Shown here: positions 25,601 to 37,589 of the stretch, one piece after another | How positions within the stretch are numbered: position 1 is the stretch's first letter | Layout: every line of letters starts with the position of its first letter | Origin: Haliotis rufescens | Lineage: Eukaryota | NCBI RefSeq assembly: GCF_023055435.1 | Contig: NW_025963779.1 | Span: 3,348,001-3,412,000 of the forward strand | Length of the DNA: 64,000 nt | Direction of reading: 5' to 3' | Program-made: the position numbers and the translations under genes | The notes under the pieces: generated by a model | Seen by the model: the letters and a program-made list of their open reading frames with translations, nothing else | What the model was told of the DNA's origin: nothing | The model's database searches: none

Positions 25601-26391
25601 CGGAAAGTCGATATGGTGTTTGCTGTAGATCACCTGCACATCGGCGCTATCAAATCCAAACGCATCCTCGCCTTCATCGACAGCCTGTTTAGCGACTTTG
25701 ACCACGGCGATAATCTCAACACCGCCCTCCTTCTCAGTCGCCCAGCATCAACTGGCGTCCTGAGCAACAGGCTCACAGAAGTCACGGAGACCGAAGACGA
25801 AATGGACAGAGTTGCCTTTCCTGACTTTAGCGCCGTCTTGCGTCGAACGAGGAGAGCCTTGACTAAGGGGAGACAATCCGTGCAGAAGACAGCTGTGGTG
25901 TTCGTGGATTCTAACGTTCCGCTGACTCACGCAGCGTTCAAGGAGGCGAAGCGGAATAAATTCAAGAAGATCGACACCTACGTTGTTTACATCGGTGATG
26001 ATTACAACAAGAACGACCTTGAACTTATCAGTAACGGAAAGGAGAACATAATTATTGTGCCTAGTTACGATGAACTGGAAATCTCCAAAGAGGACGTCCT
26101 GTCATCCCTCTGCAAAGGTATGTTTTTAAATAACTAACTTTTTTGCGATTTACCGAGTAAATTTGTGTGTCCATATAATATCCCAGAAAATAATTTTCAT
26201 ATTTATTTAATAAAATATATTATTAATATTGATACGATATCAAATCGCTGTAATGCTGAGATACCTTTTTCTTAAAAACCAAAAAAAACCCAAACAACAT
26301 CATAACTTTGGTCTTAAATATGATTCTCAAGTTGCTTTGTGATTGTGTGTTTCAAATTTTAATCTTGTAATATTTGTTTGCAGGGTTGTAA
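22595..26391 (+). CDS. Gene A: secreted protein with two VWA domains (matrilin / collagen VI / PTMP1-like extracellular matrix protein), about 430 aa; join(22595-22633,22908-22935,23223-23309,24213-24776,25042-25077,25587-26117,26384-26391)
   Basis: Seven GT-AG exons splice in frame to 1293 nt: MEHILALVVCVCM|MSTISAKAL|DYDDFLMQ...IVPR|[18 protein letters not shown]...HECD|YQVHPPVAEPKA|ACSPKRKVDMVFAVD...LCK|GL*. It has a hydrophobic signal peptide and two Cys-bracketed VWA folds, with a TATA-like box upstream and AATAAA downstream. Confidence 0.88.
22908..22935 (+). CDS. Gene A exon 2 (28 nt, end of signal peptide, MSTISAKAL)
   Basis: Acceptor ttcttatttttcag, donor AG|GTAAAT, phase 0 to 1; same size and phases as gene B exon 2. 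Confidence 0.8.
23223..23309 (+). CDS. Gene A exon 3 (acidic/aromatic N-terminal peptide)
   Basis: Acceptor ttttattgctacag, donor AG|GTTAGT, 87 nt phase 1-1, GC-rich codons: DYDDFLMQSDPHGWFGNFAVDEQAGIVPR. Confidence 0.8.
24213..24776 (+). CDS. Gene A exon 4, VWA domain 1 (degenerate MIDAS, DTSRD)
   Basis: Lies within ORF 24146-24838; motifs [41 protein letters not shown]; acceptor gtttctag, donor GTAAGT. Confidence 0.92.
25042..25077 (+). CDS. Gene A exon 5, Pro-rich linker
   Basis: Acceptor ctctttgtgtttttcag, donor CAG|GTATGT, 36 nt phase 1-1: YQVHPPVAEPKA. Confidence 0.82.
25148..25410 (-). mobile_element. SINE-like retroposon family 2, full length with target-site duplication (gene A intron 5)
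   Basis: Flanked by GTCGGTAATAG (25137-25147) and GTCGGTAGTAG (25411-25421); tail GCGGCGTTAAC plus AAC-type repeats. Confidence 0.88.
25587..26117 (+). CDS. Gene A exon 6, VWA domain 2 (no MIDAS)
   Basis: Overlaps ORF 25613-26137; CSPKRKVDMVFAVD...GRQSVQKTAVVFVD...YVVYIG...LC; acceptor cttttcttgttcag, donor AAG|GTATGT. Confidence 0.9.
26384..26391 (+). CDS. Gene A last coding exon (G-L-stop), followed by a 3' UTR of about 1.1 kb
   Basis: Acceptor tatttgtttgcag, then G|GG TTG TAA. Confidence 0.72.
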
Positions 26392-27473
26392 GAATTCATC
26401 TTCAACGGAATTGGAAACACCTTCACCTTCACCACTGTTCCACGTATACATTGAACGTATGGCAGCTTCCCATCACTGATGATCATACAGGTACATCTAC
26501 ACGACACTGCCAACACGCTGAAGAGAGGCTGTCCTGGCTGATACGCAGGAACGTTGGTTGGTCCAGCTACAACCAGAATGTGGAAACGATCAAGGATATG
26601 GTTGCGTGGCAACGACGATGCATTTTCGCATTCGATGTGACGTCATTACTGACTATTGCAATGGCAATGATACCAAAGACAATGGCGCACTCACATCTGA
26701 TGTATTCATACGCGATCGTGTACAGAAGGACTTACCTAGGAACTATTCTAGTCATTTACAGAGAAGCAATGCAGGACATTGTTAGGTTATCGTTTTGATT
26801 TGATATTTTTGTTACTTTTGTAACATAGAAATCTCATTCATGGTAGATTTGGTATTGGTCTTTGTAGGAAAGTGGAAAGAGCGACCATTTATATGTTACC
26901 GAACATAAGGGACAGGTACTATTCGTACCCTTTGAGCTTTAATATGGAACACACCAGGGTATTCATTTAAGACAAGATTGGTCAGCATGTAAAATTAAGC
27001 AGTTTCATTATTTCTATAATTCTCAATTCACCAACCGGCGCAATCACGCCCCACTGCGCCCAACCCACCTGTTAAAGGGCAGCTGCAATAGAGAAAGAGC
27101 GACATCCGTCCATTTCATGTATGCCTTGTCTCATATTTTGTACTTTTATACTGTATTTATAAGGTGTAAATGCGAATATTGTGAATGTTATATGAACGGA
27201 TGAAAGTTCCTTCTGTCAATGTCGGCAATACTCCGGTGATGTTGCCTTCTCCTGGTGCATGTGTGTGACTGGGTGTGTGACGTGCTTATGTGACTGAGCG
27301 TGTGACTGTTTCTGTGATGTGTGATATCCATGAATGGATAAGGTATGAAAGGCATGAACGGCAGAAGGAGATCGGTTTTTCTGTGAGAAGTGCCATAAAA
27401 TGTACCAGCGTCTCTCACTGGCCTTGAACGAATTCCATGAATGTTTGCGATGTAAATCTAACTTATTCAATTT

Positions 27474-27479
27474 AATAAA
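27474..27479 (+). terminator. Polyadenylation signal of gene A
   Basis: AATAAA followed about 30 nt later by the GT/T-rich element gtttgtttattttt. Confidence 0.6.
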
Positions 27480-28002
27480 TCTTGAATCCAGTTGAATACA
27501 TTATAATGTTTGTTTATTTTTACCAAGAGCTGACAGTGGATCGCATGATGTAGGGAGTCCCGCTTCATGTACAGCAATAGGCAAGCAGGTGATATTTGTG
27601 GAGGCTTAGATAATGCATTGTGGATTGACGTCAGGCTGAATCATGGTGGATGTGAATTCCTGCGTCGATTTAACACCTATCAGTATATTTGAGTGTTCCC
27701 GAGACTACTCGAGACGACACATTATGTAGTGTACTGACCTAGTCGCGATATGGACGCATAACATACCTGTATGTGCACTGGTAAAGCGAGTAGGAAATGT
27801 GACGTCGTGCGCACGCACCAGGTTATACGTATACGACCTGTTGGTTATCGAACCTTGGCCAGACAAACCGGTGGTCGATAGAGGGAGTACTGAACCAATA
27901 CGATGGCACACAATTGTCCAAATACAATTTGAGAAATAGTCTCCCCTGGCATTCAGTGGTACTTTGGAACCACTGAGACCACCCGATCTCCATAACTTCG
28001 AG

Positions 28003-29039
28003 GATACGTCCCACAGTCCAACATTCCCCCAGTCAACATGTGATAAGTAGCCCAGTCAACATGTGATAAGTCCCCCAGTCAACACGTGATAAGTACCCCA
28101 GTCAACATGTGATAAGTCCCCCAGTCAACACGTAATACGTCCCCTAGTCAACACGTGATACGTCCCCCAGTCAACACGTGATACGTCCCCCAGTCAACAC
28201 GTGATAAGTCCCCCAGTCAACATGTGATACGTCCCACAGTCCAACAGTCCCCCAGTCAACATGTGATAAGTACCCCAGTCAACATGTGATAAGTCCCCAA
28301 GTCAACACGTGATAAGTACCCCAGTCAACGTGTGATAAGTCCCCCAGTCAACACGTGATACGTCCCCCAGTCAACACGTGATACGCCCCCCAGTCAACAC
28401 GTGATACGTCCCCCAGTCAACACGTGATACGTCCCCCAGTCAACATGTGATAAGTCCCCCAGTGAACATGTGATACATCCCCCAGTCAACACGTGATAAG
28501 TACCCCAGTCAACATGTGATAAGTCCCCCAGTCAACACGTGATACGTCCCCCAGTCAACACGTGATACGTCCCCCAGTCAACATGTGATACGTCCCCCAG
28601 TCAACACGGGACACGTCCCCCAGTCAACACGTGATACGTCCCCCAGTCAACACGTGATAAGTCCCCCAGTCAACACGGGACACGTCCCATAATCAACACG
28701 TAATAAGTCCGACAGTGAACACGTGATAGGCCTCACAGTCAACACGTGATAAGTCCCACAGTCAACACGGGACACGTCCCCCAGTCAACACGGGACACGT
28801 CCCATAATCAACACGTAACAAGTCCCCCAGTCAACATATGATACGTCCCCCAGTCAACACGTGATAAGTACCCCAGTCAACACGTGATACGTCCCCCAGT
28901 CAACACGTGATACGTCCCACAGTCAACATGTGATACGTCCCCCAGTCAACATGTGATACGTCCCCCAGTCAACACGGGACACGTCCCCCAGTCAACACGT
29001 GATACGTCCCCCAGTCAACACGTGATACGTCTCACAGTC
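28003..29039. repeat. 23-bp minisatellite, about 45 units (GTCCCCCAGTCAACACGTGATAC)
   Basis: Directly visible. Confidence 0.96.
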
Positions 29040-29798
29040 TCTCGTTAACTTCCCCAGAATATGACGGTGCTACACAACCCCTGTGTTAGCCTTGCTGCTA
29101 GATAGGTATTTAGTTGACGACTGCTGGGGTGTTATTCTGACGAATGAAGTCCTGCAACATATTTTATGAAAAGTTCATCTTTAATCACGGACTTGATACT
29201 AGTTAACCCAGAGGTCCCCTTTGACTAACACTAGCAATACCAGCACTGTCGTAGCTACCGCACCTCAATACAGACTTACGCCAGTCGTAAGACTACGATC
29301 GCTTTGTAAACCGGGGCCTACACGAAGGATTATGTCACTCCCCTGTGGCGGTGACTCCCAAACATGGAAGAGGTTAAAAAAACCCGTACATTTTCGAAAG
29401 CGTTCCATAAAAGGTCGATATCACGTCCTGGAAATGATCAGGAACATCTTGTTTACGGACATGTATGGTGCCTTGTTCCTAGGACGGCATACTCTGTACA
29501 TGAAAACCCCAAGAATGACAGCGTGTTTACCTGAGTTAATGCCACTGCTACACCTGTAATTAATGCGCTCAGAGAGACGGGAGTTTGAGAAAGGCTTTCT
29601 GCCCGTCGGGGACACATCAAAGATAAGCATTTATCTTTTGTACATGCAGGTAGATATTTGGGCGTCAAAGGGGCCGAGGACATTGACCTCTCGCATGTCG
29701 GTGCTCCGTGTGACATGATACATGTCAGCGTCCCTGGCTCGTCTTTGTAGACAACTTTAGCTGCGTTGGCACCGACCGCGACCTGCTTCTGTGCCACG

Positions 29799-30752
29799 GC
29801 CACTGTTACTTTTGTTGTACAGAACATGTTGACAAAGTTGCGCATTTAATCGCCACTGTTACTTTTGTTGTACAAAACATGTTGACAAAGTTGCGCATTT
29901 AATCGCCACTGTTACTTTTGTCGTACACAACATGTAGACAAAGTTGCGCATTTAATCGCCACTGTTACTTTTGTCGTACAAAACATGTTGACAAAGTTGC
30001 GCATTTAATCGCCACTGTTACTTTTGTCGTACACAACATGTTGACAAAGTTGCGCATTTAATCTCCACTGTTACTTTTGTCGTACAAAACATGTTGACAA
30101 AGTTGCGCATTTAATCGCCACTGTTACTTTTGTCGTACACAACATGTTGACAAAGTTGCGCATTTAATCGCCACTGTTACTTTTGTCGTACACAACATGT
30201 AGACAAAGTTGCGCATTTAATCGCCACTGTTACTTTTGTCGTACAAAACATGTTGACAAAGTTGCGCATTTAATCGCCACTGTTACTTTTGTCGTACACA
30301 ACATGTTGACAAAGTTGCGCATTTAATCGCCACTGTTACTTTTGTCGTACAAAACATGTTGACAAAGTTGCGCATTTAATCGCCACTGTTACTTTTGTCG
30401 TACAAAACATGTTGACAAAGTTGCGCATTTAATCGCCACTGTTACTTTTGTTGTACACAACATGTTGACAAAGTTGCGCATTTAATCGCCACTGTTACTT
30501 TTGTTGTACAAAACATGTTGACAAAGTTGCGCATTTAATCGCCACTGTTACTTTTGTTGTACAAAACATGATGACAAAGTTGCGCATTTAATCGCCACTG
30601 TTACTTTTGTTGTACACAACATGTTGACAAAGTTGCGCATTTAATCGACACTGTTACTTTTGTTGTACACAACATGTTGACAAAGTTGCGCATTTAATCG
30701 CCACTGTTACTTTTGTTGTACAAAACATGTTGACAAAGTTGCGCATTTAATC
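29799..30752. repeat. 53-bp minisatellite, 18 near-identical units
   Basis: GCCACTGTTACTTTTGTCGTACAAAACATGTTGACAAAGTTGCGCATTTAATC; 954 bp = 18 x 53. Confidence 0.97.
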
Positions 30753-30858
30753 CGACTTTAAACAAAACACAAAACAATAACCTTTATGTTATGCCTCTAG
30801 AAAGGTATTGGGTATAAATGATGTCGAATAAATATAATAATCAAGTCTTTGAAAGGAA

Positions 30859-31115
30859 TTTAGAAGTGATGCACATAATGAAGAGAATTTATGGATGCCA
30901 ACTCCTTTATGATGAGGAACACAACATTTCGGAGTATATACTTACCCCTTCATCAGGTGAATGAATGATATGAGGCAGAGAACATATATATGTACACGTA
31001 AGAACAACAACAGTAATAAGATAACAAAAGGTGGAAACTTAAGAAGGAGTAAGCATATACTCCAAAACGTTGTGTTCCTTATAAAAAAGAAATTGACATT
31101 CCTAGATTCTCTTCC
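30859..31115. mobile_element. Penelope-like element remnant with inverted hammerhead-bearing arms
   Basis: Left arm (minus) and right arm (plus, 31039-31114) share GAAGG(A/G)GTAAG.ATATACTCC.AAA.GTTGTGTTCCT.AT. Confidence 0.7.
30920..30959 (-). ncRNA. Minimal type I hammerhead ribozyme motif
   Basis: CAC-CUGAUGA-A-GGGG(UAAGUAUAUA)CUCC-GAAA-UGU-U-GUG: intact core boxes, stem II, stem I CAC/GUG, GUU triplet; the helix III palindrome is mutated from ACGU to AUGU. Confidence 0.6.
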
Positions 31116-33396
31116 TTAAGTTTAATAATCGTAAAGAGGAAGCAACGTAATTAAAGCCAAGAACCAGTCTATATGCCGAGTTCCAATACAGCGCGTCACG
31201 CTATCTCTCGAATGACATTTTTTTAGATGTACGTAAACACGAAACGGTAACGTGACGACAAGCAGCTGACACATTTAATTAAACATACTTTGCAGTTGTG
31301 AAAGAAATGAGTGCTTTGTCGAAATATTTGTGTACAAGAGCCCTTGGACTGGAATATGTACAGGCGTTTAAAAGGTGTGATACTGAGTGGGTATGAAATG
31401 TATGGGTAGGACCTACGCAGACTTAAACTGACGCCTTGTCAATTCCGAGTGTTAATCTTTAACCTCCCAGTTTCCAAGACAACATTACATGGTCTTAACC
31501 CCATTTGCAAGCTTATGTTATTTACATTGTCACTCTCAAAACTAACTATATTTCCATCGGTTAATATAAATTTACTGAAGAAAGATCAAATTGATGTTTG
31601 AATCGCGACTTCAGTGTATAGGTACTGCACGTATTAAACAGGTTGACTGTCGGTGACTGAAGAGTCAAACATCACTCACTCACTCACACCACGATCCAAT
31701 ATGTTTGAGACATATTGGTAAAATCTCCTTAGTAACACGCGGAGTCGCCTAAATTATCGAATTATGGTGTAATAAACTTGAAGATTTAAACACTTTCCTC
31801 GTCGTTTGCTATATAAACTAAGTGACTTTAGTATACACTCTTGTTTGATGGTGGCTAATGTAAAACAAAAAATGACAAGGTTATTCGATGGTGATGTCTT
31901 TGATAAATGTGCAGTGTTTCAGCGATTGTTTTCAGTCTTGTAATGTTTTGAAAGTGTTTGGTCAAATCCAATTTTCAAGTGTACACTTTCTTTTCTCGAC
32001 AGTTTTAAAGAATCACTGGGATGAATAAACTCCAATAACTCGGGAATTTCCAAAGCCAATAATTAATATGTGTCGTCCACAGTGCACGCGGTGCAGGGAA
32101 AGTGTCGTGGCTGCCTGCACCGGAAGTCCGTGTTTCATGCCCTCCACACCGGAAGTGCAGCTAGGCAGATATAGTTAGGGGCGTATTTCTGCCTTGTGTC
32201 ATGCAACCACACTAGTTTCCACAAGCGTTTCCCCATATTGAGACTACAGCTGCGGCACTGTCATCGCCAACGTCGGGGGCGGACGATCTGAATCTCCCAC
32301 TGACACCATTTGTACAGCTATATATAGTCCTTTGTGACTCACACTAATATTCGTGAATGATAACAGGCTATAGTTCCAGATTAACGCGATTCCATAATCT
32401 TATTGAAAGCGTAAAATACAAAACATTTATCAGAGGCCATTGTTCAATTCCGACTAAATCATAATCATATGCATATATTTATGAATCGCTACCTAAAGTG
32501 ATGCTACCAGGTGTCAAAATAGGGAAGTGGATCAGGCATAGCCATTGATACGTCAAATTTGGTATTCTACTCAATATGACTGCCATAAAACTTTTGAAAG
32601 CTTCTCTGAGGCCTTGACTGTTTTAACCCTGATCAAACAACTTTTGAGCAAGAGCATGCTCGATTGTAATGAAGTTATGAAATGTAAACACCAATATGCT
32701 GGGGATTCTGGAATATTGCTTGACATAAAGGGGACTATGACTACTGGACAGTTGAAGTCATCCCTCTTATCATGAAGTCTTCTGGAGAGTTAGTTTCATC
32801 AAACTGAAGCTTAAGTATGGAATACTTTGAAGGACATTTTCGCGTTCTCGCACCGTTTGTTTTTGAGATCGCGAGCACGCGAGAATGTCCCTTACTGTTT
32901 TCCATACGTAAGTTCAACGTCTTGGACACATCCCCTTGTTTTTAAAAAATAAAGAACCAGAAAAGAAATCAAGACATTTTGTGCCCATGGGGATGTACAA
33001 GAAGTGTTTCAATAACAATAAAACTTTAGGATTTTGGCACATGGCAACCGTATTCAGCCAAATCTCTAGGAAAACATCTGAATAATGTATATGTTATACA
33101 TTACTTTTATATTGTTGGGGTACATGAAAAATATCATATTAAGAACCGGACCACAATCTCTATATACACTCCAATAGCCTATAAAAAACCCCTGGAAACG
33201 TAATTAACTTACCGTAATATTGAAACAAAGTTACTTAATATCTACTTATCTAATTTGATATGACTCAGACAGGTATACTCGGGATCAGTTTTCGTAAGGT
33301 GGCAGATTTACAGGGGTCAGTTTTCCTGAGGTGGCAGGTTTACAGGGGTCAGTTTTCCTGAGGAGGCAGATGTCCAGGGGCCAGATTTCCTCAGGA

Positions 33397-33518
33397 GGGG
33401 CGATGGGTAGCCTAGTGGTTAAAGCGTTCACTCGTCACGCTGAAGGCCAGGGTTCGATTCCCCACATTGGTACAAACCCATTTCTGGTGTCCCCCGCCGT
33501 GGTATTGCTGGAATATTG
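33397..33518 (+). mobile_element. tRNA-derived SINE (family 1), 3'-truncated, inside a degenerate minisatellite of about 30 bp (33283-33590)
   Basis: GGGTAGCCTAGTGGTTAAAGCG...GGTTCGATTCCCC; CAGTTTTCC-containing units on both sides. Confidence 0.82.
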
Positions 33519-34133
33519 ACAGTTTTCCCGAGGAGACAGATTTACTGGTGCCAGTTTTCCCGAGGAGCCAGATAAACAGGGGCCAGTTTTCCGTTTTCCT
33601 GGGTCTAAATGCTTAACATACATGTCGAATCGTGCCGGATCGAACCGTTTGATTAGACTTGCCAGCAATAATTACATGTCTGGATACAACACAGGGTTAC
33701 GTCAGTAAAATCAGAAACTACATATTAATTTCTTTGTATTTGTAGTGTTGGTTCGACACGTCGAAACCCGTGTTCGATTCCCCACTTATATGCACTGTTT
33801 GCGGCTGATTTTTCTTTGCCTCACGTGTTAATTTTTCGAGAGTAGTGCTTATATTTATTGGCGCTTCATACATTTTATATTTCACGATCTGAGCCTGGGA
33901 GATTTTAAAGGTGCTTCAACTACTCTGTCGCAAAATGTTCCCCCCCGAAACCAGACCAGCGAAACACTTCAAAGGCATTTTCTGATCAGAACCTTGAACT
34001 GGCGAGTACAAACTTACTTTCCGCTTTTTAGATATTGTACAGCAATTTCTGCAAATCAATACCATAGTTTGTCCGAGCTATGTCTTCCGGGAGTACCCAG
34101 AGTATTACATCTACAATCTGTTGTCATAACAAG

Positions 34134-34481
34134 GTGAGGTGAGGTTAAATTGGGTTTAACGTCGCGTCCAAGGTTATTGCACTTATATAGCGACGTGCAT
34201 GCACGTGTGTGTGTGTGTGGCTGCTTGTACTAGTCTGGACTGATGCCGATTTATAGTGCTAGCTCACTGAGATACCATGCAGCAGTTTCACATGAATACC
34301 CCACTCAGACACAGTATACTGACTCCGAGCCGACCAGTCCTTGTTTTAGCCCCTTAATGCCGAGCGCCAGACAAGGTAACAACAAGTACCATCTTTTAAC
34401 GTGTTTTGGTATGACGCGGCCGGGGATCGAACCCCGGACTTTCCGCTCTCCGGGTGGACCCTCTACCACTAGACCACGGTC
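34134..34481 (-). mobile_element. tRNA-derived SINE family 4 (MetaSINE-like central domain) with target-site duplication
   Basis: TSD CATAACAAG at 34125-34133 and 34482-34490; A box GGTCTAGTGG, B box GGTTCGATCCC, GTCATACCAAAA...GGTACTTG..CCTTGTCTGGCGCTCGGCATTAAGG, tail GCGACGTTAAACCC. The Meta-domain assignment is from memory. Confidence 0.8.
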
Positions 34482-34569
34482 CATAACAAGAAGGGGGTAC
34501 AAGTGACCCGACCGTCTGAAATGCCGTGATTCGCTGAGCCGGCATCACACACACATATGAGTGAGGCCT

Positions 34570-34695
34570 AGGGTCGCCGAGATTCTGTTTCTATGTTTGT
34601 CTGCACCATACCCGCGATTGTGGGTTTCAAAAAACTTAGACCTGTATAACGGTTTTCCTCCCACATCAAGCTGACACGTGATGCCTATTATCACA
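34570..34695 (+). mobile_element. Degraded SINE family 3 fragment
   Basis: TTTGTCTGCACCATACCCG...GTGGGTTTC...TTTCCTCCCACATCAAGCTGACAC. Confidence 0.6.
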
Positions 34696-34839
34696 ACTAT
34701 ATACCATAATAGAATGGTCAAATAACACAGTGTCACTGTATAATCGAGGATGGACTTTGGGCGTCTTAGACAGATTCCATTGTTTTTTTAAAAAAAAGGT
34801 TATAAAGCAAATTCATTAATTTTGCTGAACATTCAACAA

Positions 34840-34845
34840 TTTATT
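34840..34845 (-). terminator. Candidate polyadenylation signal of gene B
   Basis: First minus-strand AATAAA I could find downstream of the stop codon; ATTAAA at 37230-37235 is an alternative. Confidence 0.3.
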
Positions 34846-35110
34846 GTGCCAATAAGCTCACGATATACATTAACGTATAACTCGGCATAAACTAAGACAG
34901 GTGATCACAACAGAACCAGATGTAATGGACAAAGAATGGATGGATTAAACGACAGGCGAGGGGTGGCTGAACAGCTCTGAGCCTATAGTACACTCCAATA
35001 GTTTACATGAGTTAAGTACACCACTTTCCAGCTACACTGGGCCCATATACACAATCTGGCTGCACATTTCTGCGGGCATCAAAGCGAATAGGTATTGTCT
35101 GTCGATAAAC

Positions 35111-35914
35111 ATGGTCAAAATTGGCTTCCGCGCTGTCAGGTATCTCCAAATGAAGGGGCTTCATTGTCATCCACGCCGACACGGTGTTACGTTTAGGGGA
35201 TGATAATCCTGCCTTTGCCGCTGTTAAGAGGTGGGTAGCAGAGTTCAGGAGGGGTAGAGAGCCTTAAGTATGATCCAAGAACTGCCACAACCATTGAAAG
35301 TGCTGTTAAAATACATGACATGATTTGGGTGATTCACATAGCCAATATGATAGGCATCTCTCGTGTGAAGTGACATCTCATTTTGATGGGTGATGTGTAA
35401 CTATGGATGAGGCTTGGGTTCACCACTATCCGCCAGAGACTACACACCAGTCCAAGCAGGAGAAACATCTCAGCCCCCCCCCCCCCCCCTCCCCGTCCTC
35501 CGAAGTAAAGAAATGTTCCATCAGCTGGCAAGGGGATGGTTTTGGTTAATAGTATAATAGTATGCTAATCTGCAAAGGCAACTGCGTGAGAACATCAAGG
35601 TTAAACGTCGTGGAAAACTCACTAAAGCTCACTAAAGGTGTGTTCTCCACCAGGACGATGTACCTGAGCACAAGTCTGACTTTGAACTCCTTGAACATCC
35701 TCCGTATTCATCAGATTTGGCACCGTCAGATTTCCATCACTTGCCAACAAGAAAGAACTGTCAGTCAAACATGTTGTACATGATAATGACGTCGTTTCCG
35801 ACGTGGCGGACGTTTGACAGCACCCAGAGGAAGAATTCTACACCAATGGGATCCAGCCACATGGGCATCGTTGGCAGAAGTGTGTGGACCTCGGAGGGGA
35901 TTGTTGAAAAATAA
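35111..35914 (+). pseudogene. Decayed mariner (DD34D-type) transposase
   Basis: MVKIGFRAV..YLQMKG..IHAD..LGDDNPAFAAVKRWVAEFRRGRE, HQDDVPEHKS, FELLEHPPYSSDLAPSDF, RWQKCVDLGG..VEK*, with deletions and frameshifts. Confidence 0.88.
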
Positions 35915-36601
35915 TTAGCAACCACCTCTCTTGATCTATCATGTGACCTCTCTTTCAATCCATCATGTGATCTCTCTCTCAATCTATCCTGCAACCTCTC
36001 CCTGGATCCATCCTGTGATCTCTCTCTCTCTCTCTGTGTCTCTCTCTCTCTGTGTCTCTCTCTCTCTCTCTCAGTCCATCATAGTTAGACTCGGAACCCT
36101 ATAGCCACCCCTGGTATATCGTATTGTACACTGAGACAATGGCGGCGATTGGTCAATATTATAAATATGAAATCCTTAAAGCAGCATCAATGGCAAACAA
36201 ATATATAGCAATGGAAACTCCATCAGCATAACAACCACTATAGGCATATGATAAGCATTGTAACATAACAAACATTTTCTATTTGGCGTGGGCTATTAAA
36301 TAACTTACATATACAGCATCATTAAATTAAATATAACTTTTATAAATATAGATTCATATTAAAATACACAAATGAAAATCCCAAAAGGGAAGGATGAAAT
36401 AAAAAAATCCCCAAATCTTCTGTGTGACGACTCCCGGAATTGAGTGAGAGACATATACGTATGTACGTACGTACGTACGTACGTACGTACGCCCATTCGG
36501 CAACACTATTCTAGTCATACGTATCATAACCAAGAGCTGAGACACCGGGAATGGCACACTGAAGTTCATCAGTTCCTACACAAAGATACGTCTGTCGTCC
36601 A

Positions 36602-36819
36602 GGGCCCTGTTGCACAAAGCGATCTTAGCGCTAAGGTGATCGTAACCCCCATACCTTAACATAGACTTGCGACAGTCATAGCGCTAAGGTTGTTTTGTAC
36701 AACAGTACCAAGGGTTCTGTTGCACAAAGCTATCTTAGCGCTACGACTGCCGTAAGCCTATGTTAAAATATGAGAGTTAACATCACTTTGCGCTAAAATA
36801 GCTTTGTGCAGCGGGGCCC
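36602..36819. mobile_element. Two adjacent hairpin MITE copies in inverted orientation
   Basis: Copies at 36602-36709 and 36712-36819; their internal spacers are imperfect reverse complements. Confidence 0.75.
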
Positions 36820-37589
36820 AGATACACCCCGGTCAGACTGAGTGAACTTGATGCATAAAGTAGGTCGCATCTTGAGCGACGGGCATGAGTTTGTGGCCTA
36901 CATAGGAATGTACATACTACTGGATGACAATACAGTTAAACACGCATGGCATGTACGGCTTATGTAGATATACGTACATGACGTCAAACAAAGCTAAATC
37001 TGTGTGCTGGCCGAACATCGTATCACAGTCAGTCTCATGTACATCCAACATGTATATCAATTGTATCAATCAAATAAATACTGGATAAAATTACATCGTT
37101 GTCAAACTTATGGTTTGTATTCACAGATCTATACAATCGCGGCTTGTAATGATATCGGACACCCCTTTCAGGAGGAGAATGAATTATTTCTAACAAAATC
37201 ATGCTATCATTTCATAATTAATATGAAATTTTAATCTTCATGGATTATCCAAATGTTTTACGAAAACACCCGGGCCCAAGCGTAAATTTGTATGGTCTTT
37301 GACATGAAGAATCAGATATACGTCATATACGTCAGATCTATTTCTGGTATCAGAATAACGGTATATACATGTACATATGATCAACCTAAATATATTTCTT
37401 CACTCGACTTGTTTCATATCCGCCGAAAACAATACCGACAGCTTGGATTATCCCAATGTTTTACGAAAACACTCGGGGCTCAAGTGTAAATTTGTATGGT
37501 CTTTGACACCACTGATCTCTAATATCACGGTCTTCGCGTTTGTCGAAGCAGGTCAATTTAGTGACATCAATCTCGAATACACTGACAAC

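Noticed and set aside
29221-29845. Overlapping 112-130 aa ORFs
   Set aside because: No recognisable motif; they begin inside repeats
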